Positions 15,787 to 24,843 of a DNA stretch of 64,000 nt are shown in pieces. Under the pieces are notes generated by a model. The model was given only the letters and a program-made list of their open reading frames with translations. It was not told the origin of the DNA and did no database searches. The stretch is from positions 5,637 through 69,636 of the forward strand of contig JBFYPM010000133.1 of assembly GCA_041303295.1 (NCBI GenBank), in the 5' to 3' direction. Numbering within the stretch: the first letter of the stretch is position 1; every line of letters starts with the position of its first letter. The stretch is from Bacteroidales bacterium. GTDB taxonomy: Bacteria; Bacteroidota; Bacteroidia; Bacteroidales; VadinHA17. The translations under genes were made by a program, and so were the position numbers.

Positions 15787-17373
15787 ATGTCAACCTTAAA
15801 GCTGATGCTGGGGATGATCCCCGCCACTTCTAAACTGGAACAGGATGAGAAGGCTCTGCTCGCCGAGTATGAAAGAATGATAGCCTTTGCCGGTTCCGAA
15901 GTTTTGGCAAAATACAATGTTCTTCACGAAAGTGTCAATTCAGCCGGCTTCAGGCAAAAAAGAAAAGAGATAGAATCGCTCACCTACAAAGGTTCTGAGG
16001 AACATGCCAGGGAGAGCGAATATTTAAGTCTTAAAAAAGCGAAGGACATTGTATCATATTTCAGGACCGAAGGCAGTGCACCTCTTAAGAACTTCACATC
16101 CCTCAACGGTTCGTCCAGAATTAAGGAGATCGAAGACCTTCAGCTTTTTATCCAGTCACCTGAATTCAAACAGAAGGAGAGGATGAAGCCTGTGACCTTC
16201 AGGGATTCCGAGGAGTATGGAAAATGGCTCGAATACAAGAAACTGAAGGGTGACAGGGAGGTTAAGAAAAACCTTAACCCCGGCAAGGTGGAGAGATTCA
16301 GGGAGCTGAAGGCATTTGTAACATCATCAACCTTTCTCCAGAAGAAGAACATGAAACCGGTGACTTTCAAGGATAGTGCCGAGTATCAGAAGCTTCTTGA
16401 TTTCAAAGGGAAGAGAAACGCTCCGGACATTGTATCATACTACAAGTTCAGGGATTCAAAGGAATACCACAACTATGTATCTGTAAAGGACTCGGCCCGT
16501 ATTAAAAGGCTGGCAGAGCTGGAATCATACCTTAAAACCAAAGAGTTCACTGAAAAGAAGGAGTACCTGCTTGACAAGCGTCGCTTTGAGAAGACAGAGA
16601 TGTTCCGCGAGGTTAAGGAGTATGAGAACCTGAAGAACTCTGCCGATATTAAATGGTATTTCAGCGTTAAGGATACAAACAAGTTCGATATAATTAAAAC
16701 CCGTACACTGACCTTCAGTGATGAGTTTGACGGCACAGTGCCGGATAATAAAAAGTGGCTCAACAGGTACTATTGGGGCGATAAGCTGCTGCACGACAGT
16801 TACAGCCAGGCCTCTGACCTTCACTGTTACACTCCTTCAGATAACCTCGAATTGCGTCACAGCGTACTCCGGATCATCACCAAACCACAAAAGATTAACG
16901 GTAAGGTGTGGGATCCGGCCAGGGGGTTTTACACACGTGATTTTGCTTTCACCTCGGGCATTCTCAATACGGGAGCCTCCTTCAGGCAGAAGTACGGCAT
17001 CTTCACGGCAAAGATTAAACTTACCGATCCCAATGTGCGCAATGCCTTCTGGCTGATCGGCGACCGTATTACCCCGCATATTGATGTTTGCCGGTCAGGA
17101 CACGGGAAAATATGGTTTGACCTCTTCACCGCTCAAGGCAATCACCATAAGAAGAGCCTTGGATCAAAATATCTCTCTGACTTTTACATCTATACCCTTG
17201 AGTGGACCTCCGAAAGCCTTGTCTGGAAGATCAACGGCGTGGAGGTGATGCGCCAGACATCTGGTGTGCCTCAGGAGCCGATGTACATAAATCTTGCCGG
17301 CGGGGTTGACAAACCCATAGGAGGAATTTCCTCCATGGAGGTCGACTGGGTAAAGGTCTATCAGGTAAAATAA
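15787..17373 (+). CDS. GH16-fold (concanavalin-like) protein with N-terminal charged repeats; catalytic glutamates absent
   Basis: C-terminal 220 aa follow the GH16 order (FSDEFDG..KKW, FTSG...F.QKYG, NAFWLIG, YTLEWT.ESLVWKINGV, MEVDWVKVY) but the E-x-D-x-x-E site reads HIDVCR (17077-17094); residues about 53-300 are four about 60-aa repeats (..F.QK..MKPVTF[KR]DS.EY..); no signal peptide. Confidence 0.65.
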   Translation: MSTLKLMLGMIPATSKLEQDEKALLAEYERMIAFAGSEVLAKYNVLHESVNSAGFRQKRKEIESLTYKGSEEHARESEYLSLKKAKDIVSYFRTEGSAPLKNFTSLNGSSRIKEIEDLQLFIQSPEFKQKERMKPVTFRDSEEYGKWLEYKKLKGDREVKKNLNPGKVERFRELKAFVTSSTFLQKKNMKPVTFKDSAEYQKLLDFKGKRNAPDIVSYYKFRDSKEYHNYVSVKDSARIKRLAELESYLKTKEFTEKKEYLLDKRRFEKTEMFREVKEYENLKNSADIKWYFSVKDTNKFDIIKTRTLTFSDEFDGTVPDNKKWLNRYYWGDKLLHDSYSQASDLHCYTPSDNLELRHSVLRIITKPQKINGKVWDPARGFYTRDFAFTSGILNTGASFRQKYGIFTAKIKLTDPNVRNAFWLIGDRITPHIDVCRSGHGKIWFDLFTAQGNHHKKSLGSKYLSDFYIYTLEWTSESLVWKINGVEVMRQTSGVPQEPMYINLAGGVDKPIGGISSMEVDWVKVYQVK

Positions 17374-17395
17374 TATCTCTTTACAGGTGCCGATA

Positions 17396-17431
17396 AAGAG
17401 GCTGTCTCAAAGGGGGCAGCCTCTTCTTTTT
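17396..17431 (+). terminator. rho-independent terminator after the GH16-fold gene
   Basis: AAGAGGCTG-12 nt loop-CAGCCTCTT followed by CTTTTT. Confidence 0.8.
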
Positions 17432-17527
17432 ATGCGGCATGCCCGGATAAGTCCTCATTTTTTTTCAGGGGAGCTGTAACATTTGCCATATCGAAGACGT
17501 CTTTAGGTTATCAGTGCATCGACCGGG

Positions 17528-18013
17528 ATGACCGTAAAAGAGTACAATAACGCTGTAAAAGAGTTTGGTGACCACGTCTACCGTTTCATCTACCGCAGCC
17601 TGAAAGACAGCCACAGGGCGGGGGACATCGTGCAGGACACCTACGAGAAACTGTGGCGGTGTGTCACGGAGGTCGAATATGGTGCCGTGAAATCATGGCT
17701 TTTTACCTCTGCCTATAACAGGATGATAGATGTGATACGAAAAGATTCGAGGCTTGTCGGGATCGAGTATTATGATGACAGCACCCTGTTCGCCGAGGAA
17801 AGCAGCAGCGACCTGAACGAGGTACTCCACAGGGCCCTTGAGAAGCTTCCGGCAACGCAGCGGTCAGTAATCCTCCTGCGCGATTACGAAGGGTACAGCT
17901 ACAAGGAGATAGCAGATATCACGAGTCTCTCAGAGGCACAGGTCAAAACCTATATTTTCAGAGGGCGCGTAGCCCTCAGAAATTACCTTGTAAAGACATC
18001 TGTATGGCAATGA
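17528..18013 (+). CDS. RNA polymerase ECF-type sigma-70 factor
   Basis: Region 2 (DIVQDTYEKLW) and region 4 HTH (YEGYSYKEIADITSLSEAQVKTYIFRGR). Confidence 0.9.
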   Translation: MTVKEYNNAVKEFGDHVYRFIYRSLKDSHRAGDIVQDTYEKLWRCVTEVEYGAVKSWLFTSAYNRMIDVIRKDSRLVGIEYYDDSTLFAEESSSDLNEVLHRALEKLPATQRSVILLRDYEGYSYKEIADITSLSEAQVKTYIFRGRVALRNYLVKTSVWQ

Positions 18014-19065
18014 CTGACGACAGCGATTATATCCGTCTCACGCCGCCGGATGACAGGTACCCGGCGCCTGAAGGATTGCTCCGTAAGCCGGAAGAGCTTA
18101 CTGATGAGCAGTTTGACCTTCTCGCTGTTGCGTGGGCTGAAGAGACCCTGGCAGGAGACTCACTTGCGGAATTCAATTCTGTAATCACAGCCATCCCCTC
18201 AAGAAAGATGCGTGCAGAAAGCTTCAGCAAAGTCAGGCTTACCCCTTTTAACGACAAGTGGATATACAGGAACAGTCTCATCAGACAATCACCGGCAACA
18301 AAAGCCATCAGACGTACCCTCGTAATTTCTCTCCTTTCCGCTGCAGCAGTTATTGCGTTCCTTATTACGGGACCTGCAATCAGAAGCAGAACAACAGAAA
18401 CCCTTCCCGGGACACTTCCGGAAGGGACTGTGATGTCTGAAGCCCTCATTCCCGAAGCTTACCCGGTAATTATTCCGGATGGCACCCAAGATGAGGCTTC
18501 CGGAGCCCGCAGTATTACTGAGACTGAAAAACCGGCCACCCGATTAATCGCTCACTTGACTGACCCGGTAAGGACAGGCACTGCCGGTGCCATTGCTGAA
18601 CGGGGAATTGCAGTCTCAGATGCTGGTATACATGGACCCGTCAGGGCAGTTCCGGGTGCTGATATGACCGTAACCGATAATGCAGTCGCTGGCTCTGACT
18701 TGGCGTATCAGGCACGAACCCTTCCGGTCACCCTTGCAATTACTGCGGCCAGTCCGGTCATGATCACGGCAGCCAAAACCACTGATCTCCATGCCGTGCA
18801 GATGGCCGCTATCATACCCGCACAAAATAAAGCAGACAACTGGATAGTCCGCGGTATCTCTCTTCTGGCAAAGACTGTTACAAAAGAGGAGAAAAACATC
18901 GACGGGTATGTAATTGCAAGTGCATGCGTCAACGGCATCAACAATGTACTCGGGTGGGAGATGCAGCTGGAACAGGCAAACAACCAAGCAGGCGATCCTG
19001 TTGCTGTGAATTTCAGCTCTTCACTCCTCTCCTTCTCCAAACCGGTGAACAAAAATTCACCCTGA
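18004..19065 (+). CDS. putative anti-sigma factor (single-pass membrane protein)
   Basis: 10-nt overlap with sigma gene, one TM (TLVISLLSAAAVIAFLITGP) after a about 100-aa cytoplasmic segment; function inferred from position only. Confidence 0.5.
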   Translation: MAMTDDSDYIRLTPPDDRYPAPEGLLRKPEELTDEQFDLLAVAWAEETLAGDSLAEFNSVITAIPSRKMRAESFSKVRLTPFNDKWIYRNSLIRQSPATKAIRRTLVISLLSAAAVIAFLITGPAIRSRTTETLPGTLPEGTVMSEALIPEAYPVIIPDGTQDEASGARSITETEKPATRLIAHLTDPVRTGTAGAIAERGIAVSDAGIHGPVRAVPGADMTVTDNAVAGSDLAYQARTLPVTLAITAASPVMITAAKTTDLHAVQMAAIIPAQNKADNWIVRGISLLAKTVTKEEKNIDGYVIASACVNGINNVLGWEMQLEQANNQAGDPVAVNFSSSLLSFSKPVNKNSP

Positions 19066-19123
19066 GTGTAACTTTCAGGTCCCCCTGATCGTCCCGGTAA
19101 TAAACAACAAACAAATATTTGCC

Positions 19124-20149
19124 ATGAAAAGAACATTACTTGCATTTGCCATTATCCTTGCCCTGATTCTTCCGGCACAGGCACAGGAGAAGGAAGAAAA
19201 ACTTAAAGAGCTGGAGAAGCTGGAACAGCAAACTGAAAAGGTAGCTCCTCCTGATACTCTGATATATGAAGGAGAGGAGGAGATCGCTGCTGCGGAGGCA
19301 GAGGAAGCGCTCGCCCTTGAGGAGGAGTGGGATGAGTATGGTGAAGATGACACTTCACGGGTAAAAATCGGAGAGGTTGTTACAGTGGAGGAGACAGATG
19401 ACGAAACCGTGATCAGGATCGGGAAGAGGGCCGTGAGGATCATTACGGAGAACGATGACACAGAGGTCCTCTTTGAAGAGAACGAGGAAACAGAGGCTCC
19501 AGGCCGGCCCGGAAGATTTTTCGATGGCCACCTTGGAGGGATCGAATTCGGGTATAACAACTTCTCAACTGACCAGTGGGGCCGCAATGATGGCACAATG
19601 GAAGGTTACCTTGACCTTAACACTGCCAAATCGTCAAGCTTTAACATCATCGCACCCCCCGTAAGCCTCGGTTTTACACGCCATTTCGGAATAGTGACCG
19701 GACTGGGAATAAGTTTCAACAACTATCGCTTTGACGGAAACAACTCAATAGCTGTAGATGACGGTGGCATTTTAACCCCTGCCTATCCTGCTGAAGGAAT
19801 CAACTACGAGAAGAGCAAGCTTGCCACCGTTTATGGTATTCTTCCCGTAATGCTTGAGGTACAGATACCTGTCACACACAGCAGCACAATCAACCTTGGA
19901 GCGGGTGTGATCGGAGCAGTGAAACTGGGGTCACACACCAAGACTGTCTATCATGATGACGGGAAACAGAAGGACAAGAACCGCGACGATTTCAATCTGA
20001 ACGTTTTGAGGTACGGCGTCACAGCAAGGGCAGGCTATGAGATGGTACAGGTATATGGCACCTGCTACCTGTCGCCAATGTTTGAAAAGAACAAGGGCCC
20101 GGAACTTTATCCTTTCGAGGTGGGCATTGCTCTGACAATCAACGACTGA
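19124..20149 (+). CDS. outer-membrane beta-barrel protein with acidic N-terminal extension
   Basis: Signal peptide MKRTLLAFAIILALILPAQA, about 110-aa Glu/Asp-rich region, then alternating beta-strand pattern ending in an aromatic-rich segment. Confidence 0.55.
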   Translation: MKRTLLAFAIILALILPAQAQEKEEKLKELEKLEQQTEKVAPPDTLIYEGEEEIAAAEAEEALALEEEWDEYGEDDTSRVKIGEVVTVEETDDETVIRIGKRAVRIITENDDTEVLFEENEETEAPGRPGRFFDGHLGGIEFGYNNFSTDQWGRNDGTMEGYLDLNTAKSSSFNIIAPPVSLGFTRHFGIVTGLGISFNNYRFDGNNSIAVDDGGILTPAYPAEGINYEKSKLATVYGILPVMLEVQIPVTHSSTINLGAGVIGAVKLGSHTKTVYHDDGKQKDKNRDDFNLNVLRYGVTARAGYEMVQVYGTCYLSPMFEKNKGPELYPFEVGIALTIND

Positions 20150-20230
20150 TATTGTTACCCGGAAACTGCAGTAAGTGGTTTCGCCGGGCGTGATTCACAA
20201 AGTAACCGGTTCGTTTACGAATAATCAGAG

Positions 20231-20267
20231 GAGGGGGTATTTCAACAAAATACCCTCTCTCTTTTTT
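20231..20267 (+). terminator. rho-independent terminator after the acidic OMP gene
   Basis: GAGGGGGTAT-loop-ATACCCTCTC (one G-U) followed by TCTTTTTT. Confidence 0.75.
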
Positions 20268-20270
20268 ATA

Positions 20271-20278
20271 TATCTTTG
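20271..20278 (+). promoter_or_regulatory. -7 box TAtcTTTG (pepE)
   Basis: Matches TAnnTTTG just after the upstream terminator. Confidence 0.35.
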
Positions 20279-20334
20279 GCGCAATACCTCTTGCAACAGA
20301 TCGTTAGAAATCAAAGCCGGAAATTTCACAGGAG

Positions 20335-21051
20335 ATGAGATTACTTTTAATCAGCAATTCAACCAATGCCGGAGAGGCATATCTTGATTACCCGAAGAAC
20401 AACATCAGGGTGTTTCTTGGTACCAAAAAGGTCAGGGCACTGTTTATCCCGTATGCTGCCGTAACATTTTCATATGATGATTATGAGGAAAAAGTAAGAT
20501 CCCGTTTTGCTGAGGTAGGGCATGATGTGGTATCGATCCACCGTTTTAAGGATCCCGTAAAAGCAATACTGGATGCTCCGGCGATAGTTGTCGGGGGAGG
20601 CAACACCTGGATGCTCCTCAAATGCCTGAGGGAGAATAACCTGATAGCCCCGGTCAGGAAGAAGGTTCTTTCAGGAACCCCCTATATAGGCTGGAGTGCA
20701 GGGTCAAACGTGACCTGCCCCACCATCATGACCACCAATGACATGCCTGTCACTGCGCCATCATCATTCAGGGCATTCGGGCTTATCCCTTTCCAGATCA
20801 ATCCCCACTACCTCGACGCCAACCCGGCAGGACATGCCGGCGAGACCCGGGAACAGCGGATACAGGAATTCATTGAGGTCAACAGGGATATCTATGTTGC
20901 CGGACTGCGTGAGGGCACAATGTTTCTTCTCGAGGGAGAGAGACTGTCGCTCATCGGACCCCGTAACACACGCCTCTTCAGGTACGGTAACGAACCGCTG
21001 GAGATAGCCCCGGGCAGCGATCTCTCTTTTCTGCTTAAAAGAAAAAAATAA
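20335..21051 (+). CDS. pepE: dipeptidase E (peptidase S51)
   Basis: MRLLLISNSTNAGEAYLDY N-terminus like E. coli PepE (LLLSNST), GGGNT, GWSAGSN nucleophile region. Confidence 0.85.
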   Translation: MRLLLISNSTNAGEAYLDYPKNNIRVFLGTKKVRALFIPYAAVTFSYDDYEEKVRSRFAEVGHDVVSIHRFKDPVKAILDAPAIVVGGGNTWMLLKCLRENNLIAPVRKKVLSGTPYIGWSAGSNVTCPTIMTTNDMPVTAPSSFRAFGLIPFQINPHYLDANPAGHAGETREQRIQEFIEVNRDIYVAGLREGTMFLLEGERLSLIGPRNTRLFRYGNEPLEIAPGSDLSFLLKRKK

Positions 21052-21075
21052 ATAAACAGCTCCGGCACCGGGTCA

Positions 21076-23679
21076 ATGGGATGGGTGAAAAAAATTGCGC
21101 TTATTGCGGGCAGTCTGTTGCTGCTGGTGATTCTATTGCCTGGCATCTATGCAACCCTCAGGCAGGAAAAGATCACCACAGCTCTTACAGCAAAAGTCAA
21201 TGAGAGTGTCAACACCAGGATATCTTACGGTGATCTGCGTGTAACCATCTTCGAGTCATTTCCCAATATCACCGTTAAATTCAGCGACCTGCTCGTTGAG
21301 CCATCTCCTTATTACGACCGGACACAGTTCAGGAGCGAGAACAATGACACATTGCTATATGCCTCATCACTATCGCTAACAGTGTCTGTGCCGTCACTGC
21401 TGACCGGCACAGTGGCAATACGCTCAATCACCGCAAGGGACGGAGAGGTGACACTCCTCACTGACAAGCGGGGCAGCATTAACTACGAGGTCTTCGCAGA
21501 GCGAAAGAAGGATGGAAAGAATGTCAGACTCAAGAATATCAGCGCTGTCAACTTCAGAGCTGTATGGAATGACAGAAGCTCCGGCATAAGGATATCCGGA
21601 AGTCTCAGTGAAGCCGTGCTTGGCGGAGAAATTTTCCGGACAGGAATATATCTGAATACCGCCGTCACAGCAATGATCGACTCTGTTAATATTAAGAGTA
21701 TGGCCTTCAGAGCCATACCTGTAAGTGCCGGGGTAAAGCTCCGTAAATCAGCCAGCTCCCTTTCGGTGGCAAAGGGATTGCTTGAGATTTCAGATCTTAA
21801 ATTTGACATTGACGGTAATGTCAATTACTCCTCCTCCACCATTGACCTGTCTGTTGCCGGAAAAAAGATAAACATAGCATCCGTAGTCTCCCTCCTGCCG
21901 GACAAATGGAGATCCTTCACCGGTTCCATGACACCCTCCGGAATTGTTGACCTGAGGTGTAAAATTACAGGCCCTTACGGAGAAGCCGGCAAACCTCACA
22001 TTGAAGTTAACTACAGCCTCTCGGGAGGAAAGATGAGCCATAATACCACCGGCTTCAGAGTCAATAACCTCGAGTTCCGGGGAGGCATGACAAACGGTGA
22101 GCTCAATTCAGCCGAGACCTTCAACTGTACGGTTGATGACCTGACAGCCACATACGGGTCAGCATCCGTTAAGGGATCATTCATGATTAACAACCTCAAC
22201 AAACCTCACATTAATCTTGCACTCGACGGCGACCTTGACTTCAACGACCTGAACAGGATCATGAAGTCGGGCTATATCCACGATCAACAGGGTTCGATAA
22301 AGGGAAACATAAGGCTTGCCGGAACTCTTCCCGGTAACACCGGGCTTGTTGCCGGGCTGCCCATGTTGAAGCCCGACATATCATTGGTATTCAAAGATTT
22401 TGGTGCTACTATTGCTGACCGCGGGCTGGCCGTGTCTGATATGAACGGCATGCTTGCAATTGATAATGACCTGGTTGCCGACAGTCTCTCATTCACCTTC
22501 AGGGAGCAGCATTTTACGATTGACGCACTGATGAAGAACTTCACTCCGTGGGTGGCCGGAAGACCCGAGATCCTTGAGATAACAGGGGATATTCATACCG
22601 ACCGGTTTGTAACGGCTATGTTCACGGACAGGAAAAGTGATACCACCTCTGGCGGAGGCAGACAGATGAATATTTTCCCTGCGGATGTCAGGGCCAATGT
22701 GAATATGAGGGCTGACAGCCTTATTTTCAATGACTTCATGGCGGCAAACCTGAACACTGCAATTGACTATAAGCCCTTTGTGATCACCTTTCGTGATATC
22801 AGGGCACAGGGCCTTGACGGCCTCATTGCCGGCGAATTCATGATCGGCAAACAGAAAGAGGGCGGGTACATCACCCGGACAGTGCTCAGTGTCACGGATA
22901 TTGACATAAACAAGACATTCAAATCCTTCAGAAACTTCGGACAGGATTTCATTGTGAGCGAAAACTTACAGGGCAACCTGATAGGAACACTGACGATGCT
23001 CTCACCTCTTGACGCCAGCTACAGGATCGCAAAAAAGGCACTGGTGGCAGAGGCACACCTGTTGATCACGGAAGGAAAACTGACGGACTTCGGACCGGCG
23101 GAAAGCCTCTCGTCATACCTTGATATGGACGAGCTTAAAGACATCAGTTTCTCAAGGCTCGAGAATGACCTTTTCATCAATAACGGTAACGTGTCGATCC
23201 CCAAGATGCTCATCAACTCCACCGCCGTCAACTTCACCGTTTACGGAACCCATAGTTTCAACAATGATTATTCATACCATGTGCGCCTTCTCCTTTCGGA
23301 GGTGCTGAGCCGCAAGGCAAGAGAGAAAAACCGTAACGTCAGCTCCTTCGGCCAGGTAAGGGTTGACGGCAGCGGAAAGGCTACAATACCACTGAAGATA
23401 GTCTGTACTGACGGGAAGACAGATGTCGGCTATGACTTCGGACAGGCACAAGACAACATAAAGACTGACATTGCCCTGGAAAAACAGACGTTGAAGGGTA
23501 TTCTTAACGAGGAATACGGATGGTACCCGGCAGACACGGTGAAGATAACTCCGGCTGAGAGTAAGCCCAAATTCAACATCACCTGGGAAGAGGGTAAAGA
23601 GCAGCCTGCCGCTGCCACTGAGAAGCAGGAGGAGGTGACCGAGAGCCCGATCAGGATGCTTCTTAAAAAGAAAAAATGA
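21076..23679 (+). CDS. AsmA-family / AsmA-like C-terminal domain envelope protein
   Basis: N-terminal TM anchor followed by about 830-aa beta-rich periplasmic region, size and composition typical of AsmA/TamB-like proteins. Confidence 0.55.
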   Translation: MGWVKKIALIAGSLLLLVILLPGIYATLRQEKITTALTAKVNESVNTRISYGDLRVTIFESFPNITVKFSDLLVEPSPYYDRTQFRSENNDTLLYASSLSLTVSVPSLLTGTVAIRSITARDGEVTLLTDKRGSINYEVFAERKKDGKNVRLKNISAVNFRAVWNDRSSGIRISGSLSEAVLGGEIFRTGIYLNTAVTAMIDSVNIKSMAFRAIPVSAGVKLRKSASSLSVAKGLLEISDLKFDIDGNVNYSSSTIDLSVAGKKINIASVVSLLPDKWRSFTGSMTPSGIVDLRCKITGPYGEAGKPHIEVNYSLSGGKMSHNTTGFRVNNLEFRGGMTNGELNSAETFNCTVDDLTATYGSASVKGSFMINNLNKPHINLALDGDLDFNDLNRIMKSGYIHDQQGSIKGNIRLAGTLPGNTGLVAGLPMLKPDISLVFKDFGATIADRGLAVSDMNGMLAIDNDLVADSLSFTFREQHFTIDALMKNFTPWVAGRPEILEITGDIHTDRFVTAMFTDRKSDTTSGGGRQMNIFPADVRANVNMRADSLIFNDFMAANLNTAIDYKPFVITFRDIRAQGLDGLIAGEFMIGKQKEGGYITRTVLSVTDIDINKTFKSFRNFGQDFIVSENLQGNLIGTLTMLSPLDASYRIAKKALVAEAHLLITEGKLTDFGPAESLSSYLDMDELKDISFSRLENDLFINNGNVSIPKMLINSTAVNFTVYGTHSFNNDYSYHVRLLLSEVLSRKAREKNRNVSSFGQVRVDGSGKATIPLKIVCTDGKTDVGYDFGQAQDNIKTDIALEKQTLKGILNEEYGWYPADTVKITPAESKPKFNITWEEGKEQPAAATEKQEEVTESPIRMLLKKKK

Positions 23680-23682
23680 CCC

Positions 23683-24822
23683 ATGAACATATATCGTAAG
23701 AGACTGTTATGGAAGGTTCTGCTTCTGATTTTCGCGGTTGTCATCGGCCTCGGTTCGCTCATTTATACACATGACCTTGTCTCCAGGCTAAAGGAAGAGG
23801 AGAGAAAAAAGGCCGAACAGTGGGCTGAGGCCACCAGGAAACTTGTTACCTCGGACGATTTTGAGTTCCTCTTCAGCATCATAGAGGACAATACTACAGT
23901 CCCGGTCATTCTCATTGACAACGATGAAAAAATCATTTCACACCGGAACCTTCCGCCAGCCATGGCCTCTGACAAAGAATCCCTCAGGAAGGAGCTGGAG
24001 CGGATGCGAAAGAGAAACGAACCTATATCCATTGAGCTCGCAACCGAAGTCTTCAACTATCTCTACTTCCGTGAAAGCACACTCCTTAGGCAGCTGAGGA
24101 TATATCCATATGTTCAGCTTGCGGTGATCCTCCTCTTCATTGCTGTTGCCTACGTGGCTTTCAGCTCCTCACGCATGGCAGAGCAGAACCAGGTGTGGGT
24201 GGGACTATCCCGTGAGACCGCCCATCAGCTCGGCACCCCTACCTCTTCACTATCAGCATGGAGCGAGATAATCAGCAGCAGGTACCCCGGAACCGACATA
24301 GCTGAAGAGTTACCTGCCGACATCGACAGGCTTTTGCGTGTGACTGAAAGATTCTCGCTGATAGGGTCAAAGCCTAAGCTTCAGCCTGAAAACCTCCCTG
24401 CTCTTGCTGAGATGACAGCAGCATACCTCAGGAAAAGGATCGCCTCAACCGTGGAGCTTAGTGTGCTGAACGAGACCACAGGATGCACAGCTGTGCCCTT
24501 CAATCCCGTGCTTCTCGGCTGGGTCATCGAGAACCTTGTAAAGAACTCCGCTGACGCTATGAAAGGTAGCGGTAAGATTACGATAAGGCTCTCCGAAACC
24601 CTGCGGGAAGCGTTCATTGACGTGGATGACACAGGCAAGGGTATCCCGCGAAAGGACTTCAAGACGATCTTCAAACCCGGTTATACAACACGAGAACGCG
24701 GTTGGGGGCTGGGCCTCTCGCTTTCAAAGAGGATCATAGAAGAGTACCACAAGGGGCGCATATTTGTCCTGCGCTCAGAACCGGGCCTCGGAAGCTGTAT
24801 GCGCATCATACTGAAGAAATAA
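23683..24822 (+). CDS. sensor histidine kinase (two TM helices, HisKA-like plus HATPase_c)
   Basis: H-box ETAHQLGTPTSSL, N-box ENLVKNSADA, G1 DVDDTGKGI, G2 GWGLGLS. Confidence 0.85.
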   Translation: MNIYRKRLLWKVLLLIFAVVIGLGSLIYTHDLVSRLKEEERKKAEQWAEATRKLVTSDDFEFLFSIIEDNTTVPVILIDNDEKIISHRNLPPAMASDKESLRKELERMRKRNEPISIELATEVFNYLYFRESTLLRQLRIYPYVQLAVILLFIAVAYVAFSSSRMAEQNQVWVGLSRETAHQLGTPTSSLSAWSEIISSRYPGTDIAEELPADIDRLLRVTERFSLIGSKPKLQPENLPALAEMTAAYLRKRIASTVELSVLNETTGCTAVPFNPVLLGWVIENLVKNSADAMKGSGKITIRLSETLREAFIDVDDTGKGIPRKDFKTIFKPGYTTRERGWGLGLSLSKRIIEEYHKGRIFVLRSEPGLGSCMRIILKK

Positions 24823-24843
24823 CAGACCTGGTCAACGGCCCCA

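Noticed and set aside
19075-19596. 173-aa Ser-rich ORF on the minus strand
   Set aside because: It is the antisense reading of the GAA/GAG-rich acidic region of the outer-membrane protein gene (19124-20149). It has low-complexity composition and no start context.
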